Source of the DNA: a virus
Taxonomy: Duplodnaviria; Caudoviricetes
Length of the DNA stretch: 64,000 bases
Virus record (IMG/VR): IMGVR_UViG_3300049332_000001
Span: 1,762 to 65,761 of that record
Reading direction: 5' to 3' (one strand)
In this document: positions 1 to 8,983 of the stretch, in pieces
Numbering within the stretch: the first letter of the stretch is position 1
Layout of the letters: every line of letters starts with the position of its first letter
The notes under the pieces: generated by a model
The model's input: the letters and a program-made list of their open reading frames with translations, nothing else
Database searches by the model: none
What the model was told of the DNA's origin: nothing
Position numbers and translations under genes: made by a program

Positions 1-23
1 AACAACTAGCCGCGCTGAAGGAA

Positions 24-227
24 GTGGCGGAGAAGGTGGCTGACCCTGATCTTGTTTGGGGTACACCTGAATCCGTTAAAGCTCAAGACGCTTTTAGATC
101 CGCGTTTACCCCAACCACGTGTCTAGCATTGCTGGAGGAAGTAGAGCGGCTGACGCGCGAGGTCGCCGATCTACGGAAAGGATTGGCGACACAGCGTGCC
201 AGCGCAGATCCCGGGTGGGTTTACTGA
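24..227 (+). CDS. small phage protein, Ead/Ea22-like
   Basis: TPTTCLALLEEVERL resembles the Ead/Ea22 'PATVLALLDE' motif; may be 5'-incomplete at the window edge. Confidence 0.45.
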   Translation: MAEKVADPDLVWGTPESVKAQDAFRSAFTPTTCLALLEEVERLTREVADLRKGLATQRASADPGWVY

Positions 228-240
228 GAGAAGGGTTAAC

Positions 241-447
241 ATGAGTGCAAATAGAACTGAATTCGACGCGCGTATCGGCAGGCTTGATCGCTGCCTGTCG
301 GAGTTTCTTGATCTGTTTTCAACCGCGATTGACGAACCGGATCGGCAGACTCTAAGGCATCATGCAGACGATCTGATCGGCGTTGGTAATTCAATGCTAA
401 AGAAACTCAACGGAGGCGCAGAATGCGGCGATACCAAAACAAGTTAG
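241..447 (+). CDS. hypothetical protein
   Basis: ORF; ATG at 241 preceded by GAAGG. Confidence 0.55.
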   Translation: MSANRTEFDARIGRLDRCLSEFLDLFSTAIDEPDRQTLRHHADDLIGVGNSMLKKLNGGAECGDTKTS

Positions 448-557
448 CCGAAGACGTTGACCGCGCCTTAAGCGAGTCCAGTCTTGACGTTGGCGGTTGG
501 CTGGTAATTGTTGGCTATGCGGTGTTGTTGCTATGGCTTTGGAAAGGATAAGCAACT

Positions 558-1430
558 ATGACCACTACTAATTCGCCAGAGGCGCAACCACCGACGGCGT
601 TTGATTATTTCAACAAGGGCTGGACCGCCGAACCCGCTTCACTCTATGACGAGGAAGGCGTGGAAGGTTGGCGCTGGTTTGATGAGACAGGTAAGGAGCG
701 ATCGGTTGTGATTGGCGCATGGAATGAAACGCCGCCATCACCCGATATAGACAAAGCACAACCACAGGAAGGGGAACTGTTGCCGTGTCCGTTCTGTGGT
801 AGCGACCAGCAGCCTACCGTCTTTGGGCTGAAGGACGATCAGTGGTGGGTAGAATGCAGCGGCTACGAAGGCTTGTGTTGCAAGCTGTTCCTATCAACAA
901 CCAAAGAGGAAGCGATACGCCGATGGAACACCCGCGCTGGCCTTCCCCGCGCTACAGCAGACGGACCAGCAACCACGTACAAGGATAAACGCAGGCTGAC
1001 GGACGCGGAAAGATTCAGGTGGCGCAAGATATACAACGGTTACACATTCAACAACTGCGACCACGAACACGGCGGTTATCCCAACCACTTAGTTTGCGCT
1101 GAGTGCGCATTTGAGTTAATGGACCACTTTACTGCTGCTCCCCGCGCTACCGGAGAAACAACAGTTGAAGCGTGGCAACCGATTGAGACTGCGCCGAAGG
1201 ATGGCTCCGCAATTCTTGTCTATGGACCAGAACTGCTACGTGAGGTAAACGGACACTGCGCGGTCGTGCGCTGGCAAACGAACGAATATTCTACTGTTCC
1301 GTGGTGGACTATCAGCGATGGCAAGTTTGGGCCACACGATTTACGCGGCCCATCACCAACGGACTGGCAACCGTTACCAGCGCCGCCAGACCGCGCCGTC
1401 ACCCGCACGGAAGGGGAAGGAGAGCAGTGA
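558..1430 (+). CDS. Lar (restriction alleviation)-like Zn-finger fused to DUF551-like domain
   Basis: LLPCPFCG...EAIRRWNTRA (Lar-type) and WQPIETAPKDG...PTDWQPLPAPP (DUF551-type); SD AAGGA. Confidence 0.7.
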   Translation: MTTTNSPEAQPPTAFDYFNKGWTAEPASLYDEEGVEGWRWFDETGKERSVVIGAWNETPPSPDIDKAQPQEGELLPCPFCGSDQQPTVFGLKDDQWWVECSGYEGLCCKLFLSTTKEEAIRRWNTRAGLPRATADGPATTYKDKRRLTDAERFRWRKIYNGYTFNNCDHEHGGYPNHLVCAECAFELMDHFTAAPRATGETTVEAWQPIETAPKDGSAILVYGPELLREVNGHCAVVRWQTNEYSTVPWWTISDGKFGPHDLRGPSPTDWQPLPAPPDRAVTRTEGEGEQ

Positions 1431-1597
1431 TGATAGACGGACAGATAGAGGGTGAGCGCGTGTGGTTTGGCTTTGATCGGCAAGAGCTCGAATGGTTGCA
1501 TGATCTAGTCCCTCGCGGTGATGAGTTTAGGCGGGACGTGGCTAAAGCCATTCGTAACCTGGAACGTGACGAGCGCGAAGTGAAAGGCGGTGAGTAA
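1430..1597 (+). CDS. hypothetical protein
   Basis: start overlaps the previous stop; SD GGAG. Confidence 0.55.
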   Translation: MIDGQIEGERVWFGFDRQELEWLHDLVPRGDEFRRDVAKAIRNLERDEREVKGGE

Positions 1598-1695
1598 TGA
1601 CTAACATTGCGTTATGGAAGATCGCGCTCATCGTGGCAGGGGCAATTCTGTTGGGCATAGCCCTCGAGCGGCTGTTCTTTGGGCGCAGATTGTGA
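1597..1695 (+). CDS. small membrane peptide (32 aa)
   Basis: TAATG overlap; hydrophobic IALIVAGAILLGIAL; translated by hand. Confidence 0.5.
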   Translation: MTNIALWKIALIVAGAILLGIALERLFFGRRL

Positions 1696-1734
1696 AAGGC
1701 GGTAGCTGAAGCGATGGGTGACGAGCAGTGGCGA

Positions 1735-1893
1735 ATGCGTGAACATTTGCATAGATGCCCGAAATGTCTGAAGCATAAGAACTGCGGCGGTGCGCGTAAC
1801 AAACCCTGCGGCAAGCCGTACCTTGTGGCCTGTGCTGATAAGGACGAGTGCGCGATTAGAGCACGAAGATTGAAAGGCAAATCCAATGACTGA
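1735..1893 (+). CDS. small Cys-rich hypothetical protein
   Basis: hand translation MREHLHRCPKCLKHKNC... Confidence 0.45.
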   Translation: MREHLHRCPKCLKHKNCGGARNKPCGKPYLVACADKDECAIRARRLKGKSND

Positions 1894-1928
1894 CAAGCAG
1901 CACAACCTCCTTTTGAGACAATAGGACC

Positions 1929-2468
1929 ATGATCCAGTACCAGCTAAAACTTAAACTGACACCGCGTCAAGAGCGCGAGTTGGGCCATTGGCTTTACCAC
2001 CTCACGGCGGTCTGGAACTGGGCGATCAAGCGTATTGAGAGAAACGCAGAAGCCGGCATCTATGAGAGTTCGTTAACCTTTAGAAATGTTCTGAATGGTC
2101 ACGGTCCAAAGATCGGCATCGCGCAAGATGCGATTTGTGGGACTCTTTGGACCGCCCACACCGCATGGCAACGTTGCTTTAGGCGGGTTTCCAATAAGCC
2201 GCGTTTTAAGGGAAGGCGGAATCGCCTCAATTCAATTGCTTTCGCCCACGGCACCACCTTCATTGCTGGGCGCATAGCCATTCGCGGCATAGGCCGTGTT
2301 AGGTTTCATAAACAAGATATTCCAGCTGGCAGCGTGAGTCAGTTACGAGTCGTTAAGAGGGCTTCGGGCTGGTATGCCTGCCTTTTCATTAAAGCGGAGC
2401 CGAACGGCATCCCAGGGAGCGAGGGCCTCAACAAGTCGGTCAACTTGACACTTGACTGTTTTCATTAA
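1929..2468 (+). pseudogene. tnpB: truncated IS200/IS605-family TnpB (N-terminal/wedge region only, RuvC missing)
   Basis: YQLKLKLTPRQEREL, WNWAI, AWQRCF..KPRFKG, VVKRASGWYACL; similarity stops at EPNGIP just before the expected RuvC-I G(I/V)D(L/P)G motif. Confidence 0.75.
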
Positions 2469-2480
2469 CTCCGCTAACCT
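2452..2480 (+). promoter_or_regulatory. sigma70-type promoter
   Basis: TTGACT-17 nt-TAACCT, 9 nt before ATG 2490. Confidence 0.65.
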
Positions 2481-2489
2481 CGCTAACCC

Positions 2490-2645
2490 ATGAACGAGAA
2501 ACTGGAAACAGTTGGAGTGAGGCTGCCTAGAAAGGTAGTAAGCGAATTAAAGGCAATAGCCCGTTCCCGCGAGTGGACGCTTTCACAAACAGCCCGCAAG
2601 TTAATAGAACAGGGCTTACAGACCAACGGAAAAAAGAAGAGGTAG
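2490..2645 (+). CDS. ribbon-helix-helix (CopG/Arc-like) DNA-binding protein, 51 aa
   Basis: hand translation MNEKLETVGVRLPRKVVSELKAIARSREWTLSQTARKLIEQGL; below the ORF-track cutoff. Confidence 0.7.
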   Translation: MNEKLETVGVRLPRKVVSELKAIARSREWTLSQTARKLIEQGLQTNGKKKR

Positions 2646-2646
2646 C

Positions 2647-3513
2647 ATGGTAGCTAAACAAGAAGCGGTTTCTACGGCTAAACTGTCGCCTGATGCTGGA
2701 ATCAAACCGTTCAGTGAAACGTTAAAGTGCGCGGCTTATGCCGCCACGGGCGGACGTAAGACGCTGCAAATCGGCTATCTGATTGAAGAGTTTGGTGCCG
2801 AGAACGTTGGCGTCATCAGCTGCGAGCATGGACTTAGCACCATCTCCAGTCGCATTGACGAACGCTTTGTGTTTCGTGCGTCGGACCGACAGGGGCTGCG
2901 TGATGGATACAGCTGGGCACTGGATAATGGCTTTACGACTCATGACAAGTGGCTGTGCGTGGATGGCGGCTCACGGGCACTCAACTGGATCAACCACGAG
3001 ATCTTTGCTGGCGCGCAAAAAGCGCTGGAAGGAATTATTGACGGTAAAGCTAAGCAGGCACTTGACTCAAGTTTTCGCAAATACGCGTCGTATGTCAACG
3101 GGGATCAGAGTCTCAACAGCCAACAGATGTGGTGGCGGACTGGTTATGAGTGCGAGCAACTGCTTGACGGCTTTATCAAACTGGGCAGCAACATGTACTG
3201 GACGTTCTGGGAAGACCAGACGTCAATCAGCCAGTATGTCAAGGGCGTGCCGTGGATTCCCGAGACTCCCGGCAAGGGAGCGCTCACGGCAGTCAAGGGA
3301 GCGTTTGACTTCATCTTCCGGCTGACACCGCGTGGCGATAGCGTGTCGGCGTCATTTCGCAACCCGCCGGGTAATAATGAGAACTACACTAAGGTGCGTG
3401 ACGATTGGGATGGCGGCGTGAAGGTGCCTGATCGCATTGATGACTTTAATCTTGCGCAGTTTGCGAACCTGATTGCCAAGAAGTCGGCGCGTAAAGCAGC
3501 CTCGGCTGATTGA
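2647..3513 (+). CDS. AAA_24 / Sak4-like P-loop ATPase (recombination)
   Basis: Walker A-like YAATGGRKT, Walker B LCVDG; followed by SSB-like and exonuclease genes. Confidence 0.65.
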   Translation: MVAKQEAVSTAKLSPDAGIKPFSETLKCAAYAATGGRKTLQIGYLIEEFGAENVGVISCEHGLSTISSRIDERFVFRASDRQGLRDGYSWALDNGFTTHDKWLCVDGGSRALNWINHEIFAGAQKALEGIIDGKAKQALDSSFRKYASYVNGDQSLNSQQMWWRTGYECEQLLDGFIKLGSNMYWTFWEDQTSISQYVKGVPWIPETPGKGALTAVKGAFDFIFRLTPRGDSVSASFRNPPGNNENYTKVRDDWDGGVKVPDRIDDFNLAQFANLIAKKSARKAASAD

Positions 3514-3629
3514 AACGTCATAACACTTTGTTACCGTGCCGGGCAGACGTACAGGCGTAACGGTAACGTAACCGTAACCTTTACGCGCTGATATTTTAAC
3601 CAACAAACCAAACAACTAAGGAGCAAGCA

Positions 3630-4067
3630 ATGAGTATCTGGGACGATTTAGACAAAGAAGCGGCAAAAGACGCTCGCATCGGCGTTCATGACTTTGTGAT
3701 TGATAAGATAAGCGCGGGCAACTGGCCTTCCGGCGATCCATTCATCGAACTGGAGGGCAGGTTGACCACGCATGAAAATCTCAACCTTCGCAGCCGTTTC
3801 AGCCCTGAACCAAGCGAGGAGCAGGCTGCTGAGATAATTGCCAGCAAGGATGGTCGCGCCATTCGCCGCGCCAACGCCGCGCATGTCCAGGGCGTCATGC
3901 TGCGCGAGCAGTACGGCAAGGGGCTGAACGAATTGGGCGCTGGCGATAGCTTGCGGGTAAAAGTCGACTATGAAGACAAGGACAAGAAATACGTCAAGAT
4001 TGCGGCTATCCTGCCCAAAACTGCCGAGTTGTCAAGCAACGGTCATAGCAGCGACATACCCTTCTAG
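3630..4067 (+). CDS. single-stranded DNA-binding protein-like
   Basis: C-terminal SSDIPF tail typical of SSBs; follows a Sak4-like gene; strong SD AAGGAG. Confidence 0.6.
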   Translation: MSIWDDLDKEAAKDARIGVHDFVIDKISAGNWPSGDPFIELEGRLTTHENLNLRSRFSPEPSEEQAAEIIASKDGRAIRRANAAHVQGVMLREQYGKGLNELGAGDSLRVKVDYEDKDKKYVKIAAILPKTAELSSNGHSSDIPF

Positions 4068-4069
4068 CC

Positions 4070-4888
4070 ATGCCTATTGTTGGTTTCTATTGCCCGAAGT
4101 GCAGGGCCAATGTGGCGTTGGGCCACTTTGCCGCAACGTCCTGCGGGTTAGTAATCCATCCTGATTATGCGGCAGCGGCGTTGAACTCTGACGCCGACTA
4201 CTATGGCGCGGGCCTGGTAACAGTCACAGGGGGCATTGGCTGTGTCCGGGCTCGCGCTATAGAGAGAGACAAGCCGGTGTTTGTCAACCCGCTTGACTAT
4301 AATGCGCTGATTCTGGGAAGCGCGTGGGATGCTGCTATGCAGGTTCAGGCCCCTGCTGGCAGCGCCAAGGTTCGAGTTGCTGGAATGATCGAGGGAATAA
4401 GAGTCGAAGGCGAGATAGACAGGGTCCGGCGAGTTGGCGGCAACTTGTTCATCGAAGACCACAAGCACGGCAACAACTTCCAGTACAAGTACCTTGCTGA
4501 GGAGGCTAGCCCGCGAGTCGAGCATGTTGTGCAGACGTCAGTCTACGCGGAGTTGTACGAACAGACGTTTGGAGAGCGCCCCACACACGGAGCGATCTGG
4601 TACAACTTTAGCGGCGCGAACAGCGACCGCAACAAGCCGCCGCTGCTGGCTAAGGTTTACAAGCTAATGGATCTGGCGGCCTGTTTGGCCCATCGGCCTT
4701 ATGGCGGCAATTATACCGTCAGCCAGCTTTATCATCAGGCAGCTGCATATTACCAGTGCGAGGTAGCAGTTGATGCGTTTGACCTGCCCTTAGCAGGAGA
4801 GTCAATGGTGTTTGGTAGTAAGAGTTATTGTGATTACTGTCAAGTGAGAGAGACTTGCTTAACCGCCGCGAAAGGCGCGCCGTTCTGA
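4070..4888 (+). CDS. PD-(D/E)XK exonuclease, Cas4/RecB-like
   Basis: GEID...EDHK...QTSVY motif; N-terminal CPKC and C-terminal CDYC...C cluster ligands. Confidence 0.75.
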   Translation: MPIVGFYCPKCRANVALGHFAATSCGLVIHPDYAAAALNSDADYYGAGLVTVTGGIGCVRARAIERDKPVFVNPLDYNALILGSAWDAAMQVQAPAGSAKVRVAGMIEGIRVEGEIDRVRRVGGNLFIEDHKHGNNFQYKYLAEEASPRVEHVVQTSVYAELYEQTFGERPTHGAIWYNFSGANSDRNKPPLLAKVYKLMDLAACLAHRPYGGNYTVSQLYHQAAAYYQCEVAVDAFDLPLAGESMVFGSKSYCDYCQVRETCLTAAKGAPF

Positions 4889-4999
4889 TGGCTTGGTGTG
4901 AAGATTACGGCGATCCGTTTGAACGTTTCTGCGAGCACGGCAGAATTGACTGTGACACGTGCGGACTTGAAGATGCTGACGACTTGCGGGATTCACTGG

Positions 5000-5494
5000 A
5001 TGAAAGAGCTCATTCTACCTCGTATTGCTATCGACACGCGCGAGCAATTGCGTTACTTGTTTGATGGTTACGAGAGCTATCGGACCACACTTGCAACCGG
5101 CGATTACTCGCTGGAAGGCTTTACCAACGTGCTGGCCGTAGAGCGCAAAAACCATGCTGATGCATGGGCCATGCTGACCGATTCGCGTAAACGGTTTGAA
5201 CGATGCCTCGAACGGATGTCGCAACTGGATCGCGCGGCTATAGTAATCGAATGCTCAATGGCTGAGTTTGTCATACCTCCGCCACAAGTCAAGCGCGTCA
5301 ACGCGGCTACGGCGGTAGGCAGTTACCTGTCATGGTCGTGCAAGTACCGGATACCTATCTATTGGGCCGAGAATCGACAATGGGGCGAGCGTGTGACGCT
5401 GCGATTTCTGGCCGCTTACTACAAGCATTGCAGCAACGGCATAGCGATAGCAATCGAGGCAGCACGCACCGAGGCGTTGCTTAACCAACTATGA
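5000..5494 (+). CDS. ERCC4-domain endonuclease
   Basis: IDTREQ, GDYS, VERK motifs; likely start ATG 5000 (track ORF starts 4898). Confidence 0.85.
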   Translation: MKELILPRIAIDTREQLRYLFDGYESYRTTLATGDYSLEGFTNVLAVERKNHADAWAMLTDSRKRFERCLERMSQLDRAAIVIECSMAEFVIPPPQVKRVNAATAVGSYLSWSCKYRIPIYWAENRQWGERVTLRFLAAYYKHCSNGIAIAIEAARTEALLNQL

Positions 5495-6054
5495 GCGGTT
5501 TATTCGACAGCGAGTGGGGTGACGAGCGTCCTGTCAGGTTGATTGAGCCTGTAGCGGCATGGCTAGGCTCAGCCTGCGTGTGGGGGCCAGCACAGACACA
5601 AGGCAGCAAGCGTGGGTTTATGCATCCACATCTCAAGCGTGTGGTCATAGTCGACGACAACGACAAGGCGCTAAAAAGCTGGCGGCAAGAGCTAATCGAC
5701 GCAATGCAACGATGCAAGCCCGCTAAGCCGCTTGATGGTCCTGTAGCAGTCAACATTCTGCTATACGTGCCACGGCCGCGCGCGCACTACCGGACCGATG
5801 GCGAGCTTAAACCCAACGCGCCTGCTTTGCCTGCTGCGGGGCGTGATATCGATAAAGTCGCACGCGCGATATTCGACGCGGGTCAAATCGCCTGCTGGTG
5901 GGCCAACGACGCGCGCGTCACTGACCTGCACATGCGGCGGCGTTATGACGACGGCATTGGCGAGCGCTCGTGGGTCTGGGCATGGGCAGTAAGCGAGCCT
6001 GACCAGCCAATGCCTGTGCTGGATGAAACAGTTGACGTGGGGGAGGATCGCTGA
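5491..6054 (+). CDS. rusA: RusA-like Holliday junction resolvase
   Basis: QGSKR, GPVAV...YVPRP, DIDKVARAIFDA, NDARV. Confidence 0.85.
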   Translation: MSGLFDSEWGDERPVRLIEPVAAWLGSACVWGPAQTQGSKRGFMHPHLKRVVIVDDNDKALKSWRQELIDAMQRCKPAKPLDGPVAVNILLYVPRPRAHYRTDGELKPNAPALPAAGRDIDKVARAIFDAGQIACWWANDARVTDLHMRRRYDDGIGERSWVWAWAVSEPDQPMPVLDETVDVGEDR

Positions 6055-6055
6055 C

Positions 6056-6334
6056 ATGCGCGGTGATGCCGGTTATGCTTACCTGCCAGCCGGACAGGCT
6101 GACGCTGAATTTGCTAAGTATGAGACACGTATCAAGGCGCTGGAACGGCAATGTGCGGCACTGGCGGCACAGGCGGACAGGCAGGCGAAGGTGGTTGAGG
6201 TAGCACAGGTGCTTAGCAGGTCATTACGTCGTCATGATCCGGCAAGCTGGAGCGGAACAGAGGAAGCTTTAGAGCGGATGGTCACTGAGTACGAGGCGGC
6301 AATGGCCCAACTGGCAAAGGATGGTAAGTTGTGA
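6056..6334 (+). CDS. hypothetical coiled-coil protein
   Basis: ORF in a coupled gene run. Confidence 0.55.
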   Translation: MRGDAGYAYLPAGQADAEFAKYETRIKALERQCAALAAQADRQAKVVEVAQVLSRSLRRHDPASWSGTEEALERMVTEYEAAMAQLAKDGKL

Positions 6335-6579
6335 GCGACGTATTAACTCAGGCACGTAAGGCGGCAGCGGACCAGTATGACCAAGCGTGGCCCATGCGGA
6401 CCACAATAGGAAATCTGGCGCGAGAGGGATTCATGGCAGGCTGGGACGCTGCGATGCTTCAAGTAGGCATGTTTCTGCAAACACTTGGCGCTGACGGCCG
6501 TTACTGTACTCATCATCCCGACGATCCATCCCATACAAAGGATTGCTACGATTTAGCGAAGGCATTGATGGACCGATGA
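6331..6579 (+). CDS. hypothetical protein
   Basis: GTGA overlap. Confidence 0.55.
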   Translation: MSDVLTQARKAAADQYDQAWPMRTTIGNLAREGFMAGWDAAMLQVGMFLQTLGADGRYCTHHPDDPSHTKDCYDLAKALMDR

Positions 6580-6698
6580 GCAACACCTATCACTGCCACT
6601 GCTGCGGCAACCAGCTTTGTGAGTGCTCGCAGTACCAATGCGATGATTGCGGCGCGTGTTCGACGTGTTGTGAGTGTAGGGAAGAAGGCAAACAATGA
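6576..6698 (+). CDS. 40-aa Cys-rich peptide (11 Cys)
   Basis: ATGA overlaps at both ends; MSNTYHCHCCGNQLCECSQYQCDDCGACSTCCECREEGKQ. Confidence 0.65.
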   Translation: MSNTYHCHCCGNQLCECSQYQCDDCGACSTCCECREEGKQ

Positions 6699-6877
6699 AG
6701 CAAGTCGAGGTTCAACGAATTAGCAAGGCACCAGAGCGCATCTGGCTGCAAACAGGCACTGAGGTTAATGAGGATTTAACCGACGTTGCGTGGGGTGAGG
6801 TTTCATGGTGTCAGGATAAGATTTATGAGAGTGACATCGAGTATGTCCGCATAGACCGCTGTAAGCAAAAGAGGTAG
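6695..6877 (+). CDS. hypothetical protein
   Basis: PERIWLQ...WCQDKI...DIEYVR small phage-type protein; ATGA overlap. Confidence 0.6.
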   Translation: MKQVEVQRISKAPERIWLQTGTEVNEDLTDVAWGEVSWCQDKIYESDIEYVRIDRCKQKR

Positions 6878-6884
6878 TCAGCAA

Positions 6885-7166
6885 GTGCGGGGAGGGGGAG
6901 TGATGGGCGTGGTACTGGATGATCCACTGGAGATCGCAGGTGAGCTAAATAGGATTTATGATACCGACTTGACTAACAATTTGGTTGCCGCACTTCAGCC
7001 TGACCCCCGTTTAGTAGACGTGCTCCTGCTCTGCGTTGAATGCCGCCAGCCAATCAAGGCTCGCATCAACACGCAGCAATGGATTCGCGTTGAGTGGATT
7101 GGCCCAAGCGGCGAATGTCAAGCGTGCCACAGCAGGCAAAAAGAACTTGAGCGCCTTGGATCATAG
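6885..7166 (+). CDS. hypothetical Zn-finger protein
   Basis: CVEC...CQAC. Confidence 0.5.
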   Translation: MRGGGVMGVVLDDPLEIAGELNRIYDTDLTNNLVAALQPDPRLVDVLLLCVECRQPIKARINTQQWIRVEWIGPSGECQACHSRQKELERLGS

Positions 7167-7264
7167 TCGGCTGCTAGCGCCGCTGATTTAAGTTACGACG
7201 CGAATGCGCGGGTTTAAGTATCGTCCAAAGGGGCGCTCAGGGTAAATAGGAGGACAATCAAACA

Positions 7265-7537
7265 ATGGACGCGAACCAACTACAGGAACTGGCAATCAAC
7301 GCGCTGCTCAACCACTGGCCGCCGCATCTTGGCGTGAGGACTGACGCGGAGAAAATCGCTTATTTGGCAGAGACATTGCGACAATCTGAGGGGCAACAAG
7401 TGAACGATAGTGAGATATGCACTGAGATGCAAAATGAGATCGATCGATTGCGTGACAAGGCCCAAGATCTGGAGGACCAGGTTGACAGCCTCAAAGATGA
7501 CCTAGATGCCTTAGAAGAGAAGCTGGAAGCCGAATGA
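7265..7537 (+). CDS. hypothetical coiled-coil protein
   Basis: SD AGGAGG; heptad-rich C-terminus. Confidence 0.6.
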   Translation: MDANQLQELAINALLNHWPPHLGVRTDAEKIAYLAETLRQSEGQQVNDSEICTEMQNEIDRLRDKAQDLEDQVDSLKDDLDALEEKLEAE

Positions 7538-8640
7538 TCACCCTCCCCCGCGCCGCACTTGCCGCTGAGCTTGCGTTGTTAGGCTCAGCCGTGGAAACCA
7601 AAGGCACGCTGCCGGTGCTGGCATTTGTGCGAGTCGTGTTTAACGGTTCCACTGCTCACCTTACCACGTCGTCAATCGATGTCACTCTTGACACGCAGAT
7701 TTCGGCGGCAGGCGAATCATGGAGCGGGTGTCTGCCGTGGCAGCAATTGACGGCACTAGTGAAAGCGCTTGACGGTAATGAAGTAGTGCTGAGCGTCAAA
7801 GACGGCAGCGACAGATGCGAGATACGTGCAGGTCGCTCGCGCACTAAGCTGGTCACGCTGCCTGTCACGCAGTTTCCCAGTCCTGACAAGCAGTCGGGCG
7901 TCACATCGCAGTTTACCGTTGACGGTGCATTGCTCCGTGACGGATTGCGCCGCGTGCTGCCATGTGTGTCCACTGAAGAGTCGCGCTATAGCATACAAGG
8001 CGTGCAGTTTGAACTGTCGGATGAAGCGTTTCAACTGGTAGCGACTGACGGCTATCGGCTTGGCATAGCAACGCTGCCGCCTGTAGGTGTTGTTGCTGCC
8101 GCACTTGTGCCTGCTGAGGGGCTACGGGCGTTGCTGGGCTGGCAAGCGGAAACCGTGGCGATAACGCTAAGCGACAACGTGGTCGTATTCGAGGCTGACG
8201 GCCGAGTACTTACTGTGCGACTAGCAGGCGGCACGTTTCCTAACTGGAAGCTGATCGTGCCCAAAGGATTGCCGCATCGCATTGAGGTTGATGGCAGCGA
8301 ACTGGGCGCAGCGTTAAAGCGAGCGGCTGTAACACGAGGCGAAACTTTCAAGACTGGCAAAGGCGCATCGCGTGACGGTGTACGCGTGATGCTGGCCGCT
8401 GATTCGCTCACCGTGATTGTTGACGAGAACGAGCGTGGCGCGTTTGACGAGTCCGTTACCGCCACCAGCAACCTCAATGGCGAGCAGACTGAGACGCGGC
8501 TTAACCCCGACTACGTTACCGACTTTCTTGCCACGCATGAAGGCAGGTTCGTCTGCGAATGGAAGGATGGTAACAGTCAAATGCTGTTTACCTGGCCTGA
8601 TGTTGCCTTCCAATGCGTGATTGCACCGATGCGAATATGA
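7534..8640 (+). CDS. dnaN: DNA polymerase III beta sliding clamp
   Basis: 368 aa; TLPVLA, STEESRYSIQGV, VATDGYRLG, GGTFPNWKLIVP, LNPDYVTDFL, VIAPMRI C-terminus. Confidence 0.92.
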   Translation: MITLPRAALAAELALLGSAVETKGTLPVLAFVRVVFNGSTAHLTTSSIDVTLDTQISAAGESWSGCLPWQQLTALVKALDGNEVVLSVKDGSDRCEIRAGRSRTKLVTLPVTQFPSPDKQSGVTSQFTVDGALLRDGLRRVLPCVSTEESRYSIQGVQFELSDEAFQLVATDGYRLGIATLPPVGVVAAALVPAEGLRALLGWQAETVAITLSDNVVVFEADGRVLTVRLAGGTFPNWKLIVPKGLPHRIEVDGSELGAALKRAAVTRGETFKTGKGASRDGVRVMLAADSLTVIVDENERGAFDESVTATSNLNGEQTETRLNPDYVTDFLATHEGRFVCEWKDGNSQMLFTWPDVAFQCVIAPMRI

Positions 8641-8798
8641 AGCAGCGCCTTTACATCATCGCACAACGCTTCCCCGACTGTTGGGGGAACAGGCCGCTGA
8701 GCTTTGCGATCTATCGTGGCAGAAAGTTCGTTTGCTATTCGTGGTCGCTGGCAGGGGCTTGGGTGGCGCTACAATGGCTGCGAAAGGGCATGCGGTGA
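8637..8798 (+). CDS. hypothetical protein
   Basis: ATGA overlap. Confidence 0.45.
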   Translation: MKQRLYIIAQRFPDCWGNRPLSFAIYRGRKFVCYSWSLAGAWVALQWLRKGMR

Positions 8799-8983
8799 AC
8801 TACGCTGAGCTAAGGTTCAAGCCTACAGGCAAGCGGCGTTACTGCCCGCATTGTAACGCCACACGGTTAACGAAGATCTCCACAGCTACCATTGAGTGGG
8901 ACTGCTACGTCGAGGCATGCAAGCGTTGCGGTGACTGGCTCATCAAGTGGCCCAAGAAGACCTATGACGACTTCATACGCTGA
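8795..8983 (+). CDS. small Zn-ribbon protein
   Basis: CPHC...CKRC; GTGA overlap. Confidence 0.5.
   Translation: MNYAELRFKPTGKRRYCPHCNATRLTKISTATIEWDCYVEACKRCGDWLIKWPKKTYDDFIR

Noticed and set aside
1895-2468. TnpB as a miniature Cas12f-type CRISPR effector, with the upstream ...TTTTGAGAC segment as a repeat
   Set aside because: I found only one copy of the segment, no spacer-repeat array, and the RuvC domain is missing.
3529-3580. GTAAC(C/G) short tandem repeats upstream of the SSB-like gene
   Set aside because: Four 5-6 bp units are too short to support a function; possibly a simple hairpin.
4070-4888. Cas4-like gene as part of a CRISPR system
   Set aside because: No cas1/cas2 or array; it sits in a standard phage recombination module.
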